A stretch of DNA of 64,000 bases from Dehalococcoidia bacterium (GTDB taxonomy: Bacteria; Chloroflexota; Dehalococcoidia; Lucifugimonadales; UBA2985). The stretch is from the NCBI GenBank assembly GCA_965261605.1, contig OZ253466.1:336724-400723 (forward strand), read 5' to 3'. Of this stretch, positions 19,975 to 29,544 are shown one piece after another. The notes below the pieces were generated by a model, which had not been told where the DNA came from, ran no database searches, and saw nothing but the letters and a program-made list of their open reading frames with translations. Both the position numbers and the translations under genes were made by a program. Each line of letters opens with the position of its first letter. Within the stretch, counting starts at the first letter, position 1.

Positions 19975-20004
19975 ATAATACTTAGCCCTCAAGACGGGTG
20001 TCAA
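19975..20004 (-). promoter_or_regulatory. Candidate tRNA-Ile promoter
   Basis: Minus strand: TTGACA (plus 19999-20004), an 18-nt spacer, then TATTAT (plus 19975-19980), about 60 nt upstream of the tRNA 5' end. Confidence 0.4.
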
Positions 20005-20023
20005 GGAACGGCGCCGCACACTC

Positions 20024-21203
20024 CAGGGTATTTCGATTATTGTCATGGTAGTAGGCCTAGCAATCTGAGAGCGCCGTTGGGCTGCCAAGCGACGTTCCTT
20101 ATGGCTGCTGCGATGTTGGTAGCTCCGCTCAGTCGGAGGATATTCAGCGCCACGTTTCTCAGGGCTGCCATCATCTGTGGCGCTGAGCCGGTGCGCACTT
20201 GGGAAGCATCCTCCCCCATAGTCACGTCCCTCACATAGTGCAGACCATTCTCAATGCGCCAATGGCCGCGTACCAGTTGGAGCAGTCTATCAGCCGGTGT
20301 GTGAGTCCCAAGGCTGGTGATAGCGTAGCGCACCTGTCGAGTGGTCTTGCCTTTGATGCTGCGCCAACTCTCAACCTTCATCACCTGCCCGTGTCCGGGC
20401 CACTCCAGATAGGTCTTCAGTGTGTCTGTAGCCCACAACCTGCGATACTCTCGACGCTCTCCATGACTGTCCTCGGTCTCGGCATATCCATACGTCTCAC
20501 CAACCACAGGCCTATCGAAGCACAACTCTATGTCCTCGTACAGTCTCTTCTGGTTGCTCTTGACTATCAACAGATAGTCGCCACCTCCACCAACCACCTG
20601 TTCACACAGCTGTCTCTGGCAGTACAGCGCATCCCCGGTCACTACCCTGTCTGTTACGATCATTCTCTCCAACAGCGAGCTTGCCATAGCCAACTCCGAC
20701 TGATGCTTCTCAGCCGTCACCCCCCTTTTTGACTCACCACCACGCCCATGCGATGGCTATAGGCAGCCACAAGGCGGACTCCAGGCACCTCGTCCCCGTG
20801 TATCCCCCTAAGCGCCTTGCCATCTATTGCTATTGCCTCCTCTCCTGTTCCCAACTGAGATTCAACCCATTCCCCAAGCACACTCTCGAACGCATCCACG
20901 TCTATACTCCTGAACACCTTATGCAACGTGGATATCGCAGGGGTCCGCTCTCTGGTGAACCCCAACTCCTTCAGTGTAGCCGGGTCTTGCATCCTTCCCC
21001 ATTGGGCTATGGCATATAGACTACGGGCGCCACTTGCTATTGCACACACCGATAACGCCAAGATTGCACTCAGCGCATGGCGACGACCATGCCTGGACCG
21101 GGGATCAGGCACCTCCTCCAGAACTCTGAGTAGGCTCTCTCCCAGTCCCTCCGCATTCATACTCCAACTCTATCACTCTTCTTACCATAATCGAAAGACC
21201 CTG
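20024..21203 (-). mobile_element. ISAs1-family insertion sequence (1180 bp) with intact ends
   Basis: The terminal inverted repeats CAGGGTATTTCGATTATTGT (left) and CAGGGTCTTTCGATTATGGT (right, reverse complement) match at 18 of 20 positions. The element is flanked by a perfect 10-bp direct repeat CCGCACACTC (20014-20023 and 21204-21213). Confidence 0.85.
20043..21160 (-). pseudogene. ISAs1-family (H-repeat-associated) transposase, split by a frameshift
   Basis: The N-terminal ORF (20717-21160: ...PDPRSRHGRRHALSAIL...AIDGKALRG) and the C-terminal DDE ORF (20043-20720: ...VTGDALYCQ...RGHWRIENGLHYVRDV) overlap at an A5G6 run (CAAAAAGGGGGGTGA). Family members I know encode a single ORF. Confidence 0.8.
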
Positions 21204-21216
21204 CCGCACACTCGTA

Positions 21217-21245
21217 TTGACTTGCATTGTGTTTGGCGATAGAAT
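21217..21245 (+). promoter_or_regulatory. Candidate iscA promoter
   Basis: TTGACT (21217-21222), a 17-nt spacer, then TAGAAT (21240-21245), 44 nt upstream of the ATG. It starts 3 nt after the IS target duplication. Confidence 0.45.
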
Positions 21246-21289
21246 TCCTATAGGATAATCTACAAATTGCTCTGAGAGGTAAGGACGTT

Positions 21290-21622
21290 ATGCCCCTGAC
21301 CATTAGCATCTCCGATAAAGCAGCAAAGAAGGCACGGGAATTTGCCCATAAGGACGATGTGGAGGAGTTCGGGTTGCGTGTGGGCGTCAAGGGGGGAGGC
21401 TGCTCAGGCCTGACCTACACCCTCGCCATAGATGCGGAGTCCGGACCTGAGGACAAAGTCATAGAGGAAAACGGCATAAAGCTGTTCATAGACAAGAAGA
21501 GCTACGTTTTCCTGGCGGGCACGGTCCTGGAGTACTCCGACGGTCTCAACGGCAAGGGATTCGAGTTCCACAATCCCAACGCCAAGACCACGTGCGGCTG
21601 CGGCACATCCTTCTCCGTATAG
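21290..21622 (+). CDS. iscA: Iron-sulfur cluster insertion protein, IscA/ErpA/HesB family
   Basis: The 110-aa product has GGGCSG and a C-terminal CGCGTSF, the three-Cys HesB signature. Confidence 0.9.
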   Translation: MPLTISISDKAAKKAREFAHKDDVEEFGLRVGVKGGGCSGLTYTLAIDAESGPEDKVIEENGIKLFIDKKSYVFLAGTVLEYSDGLNGKGFEFHNPNAKTTCGCGTSFSV

Positions 21623-21705
21623 GAGTGGAACCGCTCGAAATTCACTCTACAAGGGTCGTCTGAAATCACAGAGATATCAGGCGGCCCTGATTGGTTTGTG
21701 AGCCG

Positions 21706-22782
21706 ATGCAAGAAACAGCCTCAAGCAAAATCACAGTTCTGCACGACGCGCAGGAGAAGGCCGGAGCGACCTTCGCGTCCTTCGATGTCTGGGAATTGCC
21801 CCGTACTTACGGGAGCACGAGCGAGGAGTACAGGGCCGCCAGGCAAGGCGCCGCCATGCTCGACCGCTCAGCCTTTGGCCGGCTGCGCATTTCGGGAGCC
21901 GACGGGCTTGACCTGCTCAACCGTCTATCTACCAACAAGGTAATCGACTTGGCCGCCGGAGAGGGCGCGTCTACAGTCCTCACCACCAACAAGGGCCGCA
22001 TCATAGACCTGCTCCCGATAATCAACCTGGGCGATGAGCTTCTGGTGATCACCAGCCCACAGACGATACAGAACGTGGTGGACTGGATCGACCTGTACAC
22101 CTTTGGAGAGGATATACAGGTGAGGGACGTCACGGAAGAGACTGCGCTGCTTTCCATCATAGGGCCTGATGCCGGAGCCCTTCTGGGCCCGGATGCTGCG
22201 ACACTGAGTCTCTACGGCACCCGGGAAGTTTCCCTTGAAGGCGTTCAAGCCCATGTCATCCGTACCGATGCATTGGGCACAACCGGCTACGACCTGCTCG
22301 TAACCAAGTCGCAGGCTGAAGAGGCGTGGGACGCCCTGCTCCGGATTGGAGCGGTCCCAATGGGAGAGGACGCAGCCGAGATGCTCCGAGTCGAGCAAGG
22401 GGCGCCCCGCTACGGCAGAGAGCTGAGCGAGGAGTTCAACCCACTGGAGGCGGGCCTGCTCCCGTCCATCAGCTTCGATAAGGGGTGCTACATCGGTCAG
22501 GAGGTTGTGGTCAGGCTAAACACCTACGACAAGGTGCAAAAGCATCTGGTTGGCATCGCCGTAACAGAGGGCAGCGCTCTGCCAGAGCAGCGCCTGGAGG
22601 TTGACGGGAAGGACGCGGGCTTGCTGACGTCTGTCGCGCACTCACCAATCCTGGAGGGCGACCTGGCCCTTGGGTACGTCCGCACGCGCCACGCCTCGGT
22701 GGGTCAAGAGGTGGATATCAGAAACGGCGATGGGCATTCCCGGGGCAGGATTGTGGCTCTTCCGATAGACCAGACCACCTAG
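21706..22782 (+). CDS. GcvT-family folate-binding protein (YgfZ-like)
   Basis: It has an aminomethyltransferase fold signature (LDRSAFGRLRISGADGLDLLNRLSTNKV) but lacks the GcvT FDVSHMG motif. It is adjacent to iscA. The start may be the ATG at 21706 or the TTG at 21691. Confidence 0.75.
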   Translation: MQETASSKITVLHDAQEKAGATFASFDVWELPRTYGSTSEEYRAARQGAAMLDRSAFGRLRISGADGLDLLNRLSTNKVIDLAAGEGASTVLTTNKGRIIDLLPIINLGDELLVITSPQTIQNVVDWIDLYTFGEDIQVRDVTEETALLSIIGPDAGALLGPDAATLSLYGTREVSLEGVQAHVIRTDALGTTGYDLLVTKSQAEEAWDALLRIGAVPMGEDAAEMLRVEQGAPRYGRELSEEFNPLEAGLLPSISFDKGCYIGQEVVVRLNTYDKVQKHLVGIAVTEGSALPEQRLEVDGKDAGLLTSVAHSPILEGDLALGYVRTRHASVGQEVDIRNGDGHSRGRIVALPIDQTT

Positions 22783-22797
22783 CAGACTCGGGCGCGC

Positions 22798-23550
22798 CTA
22801 GACGCCTATCAGGGAGATCCCTCCGTCCAGCACAAGCACCTGGCCCCTGATCATATCCGCATCCTCGCTGCACAGAAACGCCACCACCTTTGCCATGTCC
22901 TCGTCTGTAACCAGGCGTCCGGCAGGCGTGCGTCGCAGAGAGTCTCCCAACATCTCCTCTCGATTCGGGAAGTGCCTGAGAGCGTCGGTGTCCACAATCC
23001 CACCGGCAACGGCGTTGACCACGATTCCCCGTGGCGCAAGCTCGACTGCCAGGTAACGCGTCAGCGCCTCCAGACCAGCCTTGGAGACTCCCACAGCCAG
23101 GTAGTTGGACAGCACCAGCTGAGACCCCAGGCTGGTGATGTTGACAATGTGGCCTCCCTGGGTCATCAGGCGCGCCGCCTCCTTGGCGCACAGCCAGGGC
23201 GCTCTGGTGTTGATATCGAGGGTCCAGTCCCAATGCTTGGTCTCCAGGTCCAAGGCCGACCTCTGTACGCCGGAAGCGGCATTGTTGATCAGGATGTCGA
23301 GACGTCCAAACTCCTTCTCGACTTGCCGGAACATCTCCTGTATTCTGGCCGGTTCTCCCAGATGAGCCCTCAGCCGCAGACAGCGCACGCCTAACTCCGA
23401 GACCTCGGCCTCGGTTGCCCTTGCTGCCTCGTGGCCGCGCGCGTAGTTGATTATGACGTCGGCGCCGCGACGGGCCAACTCCAGCGCAATGGCGCGCCCG
23501 ATACCACGCGAGCCGCCGGTCACAAGAGCTACTTTATCATTGAAAGACAT
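22798..23550 (-). CDS. fabL: Enoyl-[acyl-carrier-protein] reductase, FabL type (SDR)
   Basis: It is close along its whole length to B. subtilis FabL as I recall it (INYAR, NNAASGV, THWDWT, VGVSKAALEALTRYLAVEL, DTDALRHFPNRE, ADMIRGQ). Confidence 0.8.
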   Translation of the reverse strand: MSFNDKVALVTGGSRGIGRAIALELARRGADVIINYARGHEAARATEAEVSELGVRCLRLRAHLGEPARIQEMFRQVEKEFGRLDILINNAASGVQRSALDLETKHWDWTLDINTRAPWLCAKEAARLMTQGGHIVNITSLGSQLVLSNYLAVGVSKAGLEALTRYLAVELAPRGIVVNAVAGGIVDTDALRHFPNREEMLGDSLRRTPAGRLVTDEDMAKVVAFLCSEDADMIRGQVLVLDGGISLIGV

Positions 23551-23689
23551 GAGGCTTCATTATGTCTGTGGTTTTCGCGGTAGTATGCGGAAAGACAGTG
23601 TCTGAGCAACCACTCCCGTACTCACTCTCATCACCCCAACATCAGCCTTCCCCTAGATGAGGGCATTGCAAATCTTCCCGTACCCATAG

Positions 23690-23795
23690 ACCACCCCTGC
23701 GAAACTTGTCCTCGTGGAAACGGGGAGCAGGGGTCTACTGGGCATTATCAGAGGTGTCCTGGATTCCTGCTTCCGCAGGAATAACGGATAAGAAC
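23690..23795. repeat. Diverged core-only copy of the double-hairpin repeat (opposite orientation)
   Basis: It contains ACCCCTGCG...GCAGGGGTCTA and TGGATTCCTGC-ttcc-GCAGGAAT in the order expected for the reverse complement of the MITE at 36739-36919. I could not find matching termini. Confidence 0.35.
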
Positions 23796-23908
23796 GATTC
23801 TTCCAGTACGGCGCCAAGTTGTTCAATGGTCTTCTAAATTGGGGAGAGAGGTTTCGGCACTCTTCAAGTGCGCCTGGCTAGAGCCTTACGGAGATGATCT
23901 ACCCCCTG

Positions 23909-24652
23909 CTACAGCTCTATGCCGCCATCCACCCTTATAACCTCACCTGTTATATAGCTGGCCTCATCGCTGGCAAGGAATCCCACCAGGCTGGCTACGT
24001 CTTCCGCCAATCCAAAACGGTTCTGAGGTATTCTGGAGAGGATGAGTTCCTTGAACTCGGGGTTCAGGTCTTCCACTATCTCCGTTGCGATATACCCCGG
24101 AGCCACGGCGTTGACGGTGATGCTGCGGGAAGCCACCTCCTTGGCGATGCTCCGTGAGAAGGCGATCATTCCAGCCTTGGATGCGGCGTAGTTGGACTGG
24201 CCCGGGTTGCCCTCGAGCCCAACGACAGAGACGATGTTGATTATCCTACCCCACCGCTTGCGTACCATATATCGCAGAGCCGCCTTGGTGCAGTAGAAGG
24301 TCCCCTTGAGGTTGGTGTTGATGACTTCGTCCCAAACATCCTCGGCCATGCGGAGGAGAAGGCTGTCGTGGATAATGCCTGCGTTGTTCACAAGTATGTC
24401 GACGCCGCCCCATGCGTCCTCAACCTTCTTGACCATGGCCTCGATTTCCGCCCCCTGGGTTACGTCGGCGCCTACGGCCATAGCCTCTCCACCCATAGCC
24501 TCCACGGCATCCACCACCCACTGGGCGGCCTTTTCGTTTGACTTGTAGTTTACGGCTATCCTGTTCCCCTCTCTCGCCAGTCTGAGGGCAATAGCTCTGC
24601 CTATGCCCCGCGATCCGCCAGTGATAAGGGCCACCCTGCCGTTGTTGCTCAA
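23909..24652 (-). CDS. fabG: 3-oxoacyl-[ACP] reductase FabG
   Basis: Classical SDR motifs are present: TGGSRGIGRAIA, NNAGI, YAASKAG. The product is 247 aa. Confidence 0.9.
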   Translation of the reverse strand: MSNNGRVALITGGSRGIGRAIALRLAREGNRIAVNYKSNEKAAQWVVDAVEAMGGEAMAVGADVTQGAEIEAMVKKVEDAWGGVDILVNNAGIIHDSLLLRMAEDVWDEVINTNLKGTFYCTKAALRYMVRKRWGRIINIVSVVGLEGNPGQSNYAASKAGMIAFSRSIAKEVASRSITVNAVAPGYIATEIVEDLNPEFKELILSRIPQNRFGLAEDVASLVGFLASDEASYITGEVIRVDGGIEL

Positions 24653-24653
24653 C

Positions 24654-25682
24654 CTATCTCTCCTGATTGCTTTGCATTCGCAACTGCACCTGAGCCAAGT
24701 CGCGCCTCATCATGTCCACCAAGCCCAGTTTCAGAGTATCACGGGCCATTTCTATTGCGGCGGTCACGGAAGGGGCCCTTGACCTGCCGTGCCCCACAAT
24801 TGCCACTCCGTTAAGGCCAAGGAGAGGCCCTCCTCCCACATGCTCCACGGCGTTGGTGAGCCGGCTCAACTCCGCCATTATTCCTTCGGCCATTCCCCGC
24901 GCCTCCTCCGGTATCCTGGCTCTTAGATACTCTACCACAGCCATACCAAGTCCTTCAGCGAACTTCATAAGAATGTTCCCCACAAAGCCGTCGCAGACCA
25001 CCACGTCAGCCTTGCCAAGAGGAACATCAACTCCTTCGATATTGCCTATGAAATTCAGACCGCTCGACTGGAAAAGCTGGTACGCCTCCCTGACCTGCCG
25101 GTTTCCCTTCCCCTCCTCCGTACCCACGCTGAGCAATGCCACACGGGGCTCCTGGATTCCATGGAGCACTTTTGCGATGGCTGACCCCAGGACGGCGTAG
25201 TTAAGCAGCTGGGAGGGTCGGCAGTCTATGCTCGTGCCCAGGTCCAGCACCGTGGTGTGGGGAGCGAGGCCCAGAAACGGTCCTCCCAGAGCCGGCCTCT
25301 CGACTCCCTCCAGAGTGCCCAGGGCCACCGCGCCCGCGGCCATAGTAGCCCCGGTGGAGCCCATGGACACAAAGGCGTTGGCCTTGCCCTCCTTCACCAG
25401 TCCGGCAGCCACTACTATAGATGCGTTGGGCTTGCTGCGAAATGCCTCTATGGGAGACTCGGCCTCCGTTATCACGCCGCTGGACGGGAAAACCCGGAGG
25501 TTAGGCGGCATCGGGGACGGCAGCAGTCCCTCCATAGCCTCCGGTTCACCCACCAGTAGCACATCTACGCTGCCATTGGCCGCTGCTTCCACAGCGCCCA
25601 GGATGATCTCCCCGGGGGCGAAGTCGCCTCCCATTGCGTCCACTGCTATGCAGTATCTGGTCTGTTCTCTATCGTTGGTCAA
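24654..25682 (-). CDS. plsX: Phosphate acyltransferase PlsX
   Basis: It has AVDAMGGDFAP near the N-terminus and full-length PlsX architecture. Confidence 0.9.
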   Translation of the reverse strand: MTNDREQTRYCIAVDAMGGDFAPGEIILGAVEAAANGSVDVLLVGEPEAMEGLLPSPMPPNLRVFPSSGVITEAESPIEAFRSKPNASIVVAAGLVKEGKANAFVSMGSTGATMAAGAVALGTLEGVERPALGGPFLGLAPHTTVLDLGTSIDCRPSQLLNYAVLGSAIAKVLHGIQEPRVALLSVGTEEGKGNRQVREAYQLFQSSGLNFIGNIEGVDVPLGKADVVVCDGFVGNILMKFAEGLGMAVVEYLRARIPEEARGMAEGIMAELSRLTNAVEHVGGGPLLGLNGVAIVGHGRSRAPSVTAAIEMARDTLKLGLVDMMRRDLAQVQLRMQSNQER

Positions 25683-25694
25683 TGTCTCTCTTCC

Positions 25695-26132
25695 CTAGTT
25701 GCTGTCGCTATTCTCTGACGGCATTGTAACCGATGCCTCTCCATTTATCACCTCCTCGCCGCCCTGCCTGCAGCACCTGACGGAGCAGTCTATACGCAGG
25801 AGGCCGTCTTCACGTGAGACCTTGAGGACTTCGCCCGAGGTTGTCACCTCATCCCCGGGATACACGGGGGCGCGAAACCTAACCTTAAGGCGTCCGCTCT
25901 CCGGCCAGCGCCTGCCGAAGGACCGGCCCATCATGTCCGATATGTAGGCCAGCACCAGCATACCGTGGGCCACGATTCGCCCGTAGTGCGTGCCGGCCGC
26001 AAACTGGGAGTCGAGGTGAAGGGGATTGAAGTCTCCGCTGGCCTCGGCGTACTTGCCTATGCCGTCCTGGGTGACCACCCTCTCCACCGGCGCAAGGGCA
26101 TCACCGGCCTTCACCGGGCCCGCATCAGCCAC
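25695..26132 (-). CDS. MaoC-like (R)-specific hydratase/dehydratase hot-dog protein
   Basis: It has the MaoC dehydratase motif region SGDFNPLHLD...AHG and is 145 aa long. Confidence 0.8.
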   Translation of the reverse strand: MADAGPVKAGDALAPVERVVTQDGIGKYAEASGDFNPLHLDSQFAAGTHYGRIVAHGMLVLAYISDMMGRSFGRRWPESGRLKVRFRAPVYPGDEVTTSGEVLKVSREDGLLRIDCSVRCCRQGGEEVINGEASVTMPSENSDSN

Positions 26133-26526
26133 GGTCTTCAGGCACGAGCACCGTGCTCCTCCCTTCCACTACCTGATTTTCATGGGCGTCAGTGGCAGAG
26201 AAGTCTATGGCCAGAAACCGCCATCCGCCTCGAACGGAATTCTGGGCAAGCCTGGCTCTGAACAGGACTGTATCTTCTTTGCCGACGGCCCCGGAGAAAG
26301 ACAACTCCTGAGCGGCGTGGACGGCGCCCGCCGGCAGGTCGATCTCTTGAAGGATAATTCCCAGCGCGTAGGCGCCCAAGGCTGTGGGAGGCACTAGGTC
26401 TAGATCCCGGAACATAGCGTTGGACTCCTGCACTGCCTCGACGTAGAGGTCTACTTCCTGAGGTTGAAGCCGGCGTGTAACCGGCGCAAACTCGTGGCCG
26501 ACGGGGAGTTTAGATATATCTGGCAC
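26125..26526 (-). CDS. Hot-dog fold protein, MaoC N-terminal-like partner subunit
   Basis: This 133-aa ORF overlaps the following MaoC gene by 8 nt. The arrangement resembles heterodimeric HadA/HadB-type dehydratases. Confidence 0.65.
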   Translation of the reverse strand: MPDISKLPVGHEFAPVTRRLQPQEVDLYVEAVQESNAMFRDLDLVPPTALGAYALGIILQEIDLPAGAVHAAQELSFSGAVGKEDTVLFRARLAQNSVRGGWRFLAIDFSATDAHENQVVEGRSTVLVPEDRG

Positions 26527-26749
26527 GTTGTCTTTCAGGGAGTGGTACTGCTCTGTTCAGGCTAGATCAATTATAATTATAAGGGGAGGCCAGGCGGCAA
26601 ATCAAGAAGATGAGCCATCAGCAACTCGCTTTTATACGGGCTTTAGCGAAAGCCCTGAAAGTCGTCAAACTCGCCCGTGAGAAACTATTGACAACGTTGT
26701 CCAGACTGAATAGGATTCACTTCGTCAGTAGAGGTACTGGACGCCAAAC

Positions 26750-27700
26750 TTGATAGTTGTTTTATTCAGACTCGTAGAGATCTGTGCACGGGCAGTCAAC
26801 GACTTCCTGGGGAAGAATGGACCCCAGCTAGCCGCAGCGGTGTCATACTACGCCCTCTTCTCCCTCTTCCCGCTGGCCCTCGCCATCATATTCGTCCTGA
26901 GCTTCTTTCTTGGGCCGGATTCCATTTCGAATCTAGCTCAGAGCGCCGCAGAGCAAGCTCCAATCTCCAGTGAGACCGTCAGAGACGCTCTCACCAGCAC
27001 GCTGAGCAGCAGGAGCATTGCGGGCCTGGCAGGTTTCATAGGACTCTTGTGGGCGGGCACGGCCGTGTTTGGAGCTATTCGTAAGGGTGTCAACGCCACC
27101 TGGGGCATCACCAAGCCGCGGCCGTTCTTGCAGGAGCGCCTCATAGACATCTCCCTCATGGCGGGAGCGACTATACTGCTGCTCGTATCCATTTCCTCCA
27201 CGGCGGTGCTGATCAACCTACAGTATATTTTGGAGTTCGTCACCAGAGAGACACACGTTAACAGCGATTTCCTGTGGGACTTGATCGCATCTCTGATTCC
27301 TCCAGTGCTCTCTTTTATTGTCTTCATATCCATTTACTGGCTTATACCCAACACAGTAGTTAAGGTGAAGGATGCGCTACCCGGCGCCATAGCCGCCACG
27401 GTAGCTTTTGAAGTCCTCAAGGGGGTCTTTGTCTGGTACGTAAGCAGCCAATCCGTATACTCCACAGTCTACGGGCCGATAGGTAGCATTGTCGCCCTTC
27501 TCACATGGGTCTACCTGTCCGCGAACATACTGCTTTTTGGGTCGCTGATAACGTATCGCTTCGCATCTTACCGCGCGGACAAGAGGACAAGAGAAGAGGC
27601 GTTGATGGTGTACGACGCAACCCAGGTCGTGCGGGAGCCTGTGCCTGCGCCGGTGCCTGTGCCTGTGGTCAGAAGGGCCCGCAGAGAAGGCTCATCCTAG
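26750..27700 (+). CDS. YihY/BrkB family membrane protein
   Basis: This multi-TM protein has the AA.VSYYALFSLFPL motif typical of YihY. The C-terminal tail contains a PVPAPVPVPV repeat. Confidence 0.8.
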   Translation: MIVVLFRLVEICARAVNDFLGKNGPQLAAAVSYYALFSLFPLALAIIFVLSFFLGPDSISNLAQSAAEQAPISSETVRDALTSTLSSRSIAGLAGFIGLLWAGTAVFGAIRKGVNATWGITKPRPFLQERLIDISLMAGATILLLVSISSTAVLINLQYILEFVTRETHVNSDFLWDLIASLIPPVLSFIVFISIYWLIPNTVVKVKDALPGAIAATVAFEVLKGVFVWYVSSQSVYSTVYGPIGSIVALLTWVYLSANILLFGSLITYRFASYRADKRTREEALMVYDATQVVREPVPAPVPVPVVRRARREGSS

Positions 27701-27904
27701 CCTCCACCTTCACTTCAGGACCAGATTTCACTCAGCGCTCGCAGCCCGGGCTACCTACACTCAACCCGTGCACCCGGCTTTACACCCAAGTTATTGATGC
27801 ACTAAAGCTACAAGAGCCGGCAGCCCACGGACACCCTTGAACCGCCGGCCCTTATTCGTATTACCAAAGGGTATCGCCTCGCGGACGACCGACCCTGTTA
27901 AAGC

Positions 27905-28213
27905 CTAGATGCCTCCCCTGCCACCGTTCCCCCCAAACTCGTGGTTGCTGAACACGCCCACGTCCCTACCCTGATGCACGTGTATTATCAGCTCGTCCCT
28001 GGAAACCCCCACCACGTCCACAATCTCCTCGTCTATTGTCTCGATGAGCTCCTGTATGGCCTCCTGGGTAAGGCTCTCGTCGACGCACAGGGTGGCGTGA
28101 ATGACGGCGGGAGTGAGATGGATGTCCAGACGCCCTACCGGCGCGTCCTCCTCCAGCACCGTGTACACTTCCGAATAGGGGGTGCGACACTCCCGCTCAA
28201 AGCCGTATTCCAT
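27905..28213 (-). CDS. Hypothetical acidic protein (102 aa)
   Basis: The ORF lies 15 nt downstream of proA on the same strand. I see no recognisable motif. Confidence 0.45.
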   Translation of the reverse strand: MEYGFERECRTPYSEVYTVLEEDAPVGRLDIHLTPAVIHATLCVDESLTQEAIQELIETIDEEIVDVVGVSRDELIIHVHQGRDVGVFSNHEFGGNGGRGGI

Positions 28214-28228
28214 GTACGCTCTCCCCTT

Positions 28229-29503
28229 CTAGGCCCTTACCTGGCCGGTGCCCAGGATGGTCCACTTGTAAGAAGTCAGCTCCCGAAGGCCCATAGGCCC
28301 CCTGGCGTGCATCTTGTTGGTGCTTATTGCCACCTCTGCCCCCAGTCCGAGCTGGCCGCCGTCTGTGAAGCGGGTGCTGGCGTTGACGAGCACCGCTGCG
28401 GCGTCCACGTCGTCCAGGAATCTCATGGCGCTGGAGTAGTCTTCGGTTACGATGGCCTCGGAGTGACCCGATCCGTACTGCTCAATATGCTCCAGGGCCT
28501 CATCCATCGAGTCCACCACCTTCACAGATGCCGTGAGAGACAGGAATTCCGTGCCCCAGTCCTCCTCCGTCGCCGGCTTCAGGTTGAGCACCTCAGACGG
28601 GCCGAGAATGCTCAACGCTCGGAGGTCGCAGTGCATCTCCACCCCGGCCTTGGCCCACTCCCGCGCTATGGCCGGCAGGCATTTGGGTGCGGCCTCAGAG
28701 TGCACCAGGAGTGTGTCCAGGGCGTTGCACACCGTTGGCCTGCTCACCTTGGCGTTGTATGCAATGGCCACGGCGCTCTCCAGGTTGGCGTCCTTGTCAA
28801 CGTACGTATGGCACACACCGACACCGCCGGTGATCACAGGCATCTGGGCCTTCTCTCCCACGTATCGGACAAAATCTGCGCCACCGCGAGGAATCAGCAA
28901 ATCGATATGCTCCTTCATAGCCAGCATTTGCTCAACCAACGCTCGATCTGTGGCGCCGACGAACTGCACCGCATCCCGTGGCGCGCCCGCCTCGGCGATG
29001 GCATCTCTCACTAGGTTGGCAAGCGCGGTGTTGGAGTGTATTGCCTCACTTCCGCCCCTAAGGATGACTGCATTGCCCGACTTGAAGCAGAGCACGGATA
29101 TGTCCACGGTGATGTTGGGACGACTTTCGTAGATGGCGCCGATGACTCCAAGGGGCACACGGCGGCGACCCACCTGAAGGCCGTTGGGCAGTGTACGCAT
29201 GTCAAAGGTCTCCCCTACCGGGTCCGGCAGAGAGGTCACAGTGCGAACGTCGGCGGCCATGCCGTCAAGCCGCTCCGAGTTCAGTAGAAGACGCTCAAGC
29301 ATGGCGTCGCTTAGACCGGCCTCTTTTCCGGTCTGAAGGTCTCTCCGGTTCGCTTCGAGTATCTCAGTCTCCCTGGTCTTGAGAGCGTCGGCAATGTTCA
29401 GCAGCGCCCGGTCCTTCACGCCCGTAGAAAGCCTGGCCAGATGGCGAGCGGCGGCCCTGGCAGCCAGTCCTTTGGCGGTTAGCTCATCTATTGCTGTGGT
29501 CAT
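28229..29503 (-). CDS. proA: Gamma-glutamyl phosphate reductase ProA
   Basis: It has a full-length ProA-like aldehyde dehydrogenase fold (IYESRPN, catalytic CNA region VCNALDTLLVH). Confidence 0.95.
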   Translation of the reverse strand: MTTAIDELTAKGLAARAAARHLARLSTGVKDRALLNIADALKTRETEILEANRRDLQTGKEAGLSDAMLERLLLNSERLDGMAADVRTVTSLPDPVGETFDMRTLPNGLQVGRRRVPLGVIGAIYESRPNITVDISVLCFKSGNAVILRGGSEAIHSNTALANLVRDAIAEAGAPRDAVQFVGATDRALVEQMLAMKEHIDLLIPRGGADFVRYVGEKAQMPVITGGVGVCHTYVDKDANLESAVAIAYNAKVSRPTVCNALDTLLVHSEAAPKCLPAIAREWAKAGVEMHCDLRALSILGPSEVLNLKPATEEDWGTEFLSLTASVKVVDSMDEALEHIEQYGSGHSEAIVTEDYSSAMRFLDDVDAAAVLVNASTRFTDGGQLGLGAEVAISTNKMHARGPMGLRELTSYKWTILGTGQVRA

Positions 29504-29544
29504 ATAGCACCTTGCCTGTCTTTCCGTATTGAATCTTACTACGT

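Noticed and set aside
20700-20725. Programmed -1 ribosomal frameshift in the ISAs1 transposase
   Set aside because: The site A AAA GGG is not a standard X XXY YYZ heptamer, and the family is known to me as single-ORF. An indel in the A5G6 run is the simpler explanation. It is kept as a caveat in the IS finding.
23551-23908. A full third MITE copy between fabL and fabG
   Set aside because: Only the central double-hairpin core aligns. I found no terminal inverted repeats or target duplication, so it is reported only as a diverged core.
27941-29014. A 357-aa ORF on the plus strand
   Set aside because: It is antisense to proA and the 102-aa ORF. proA has unambiguous full-length similarity, whereas the antisense product has none.
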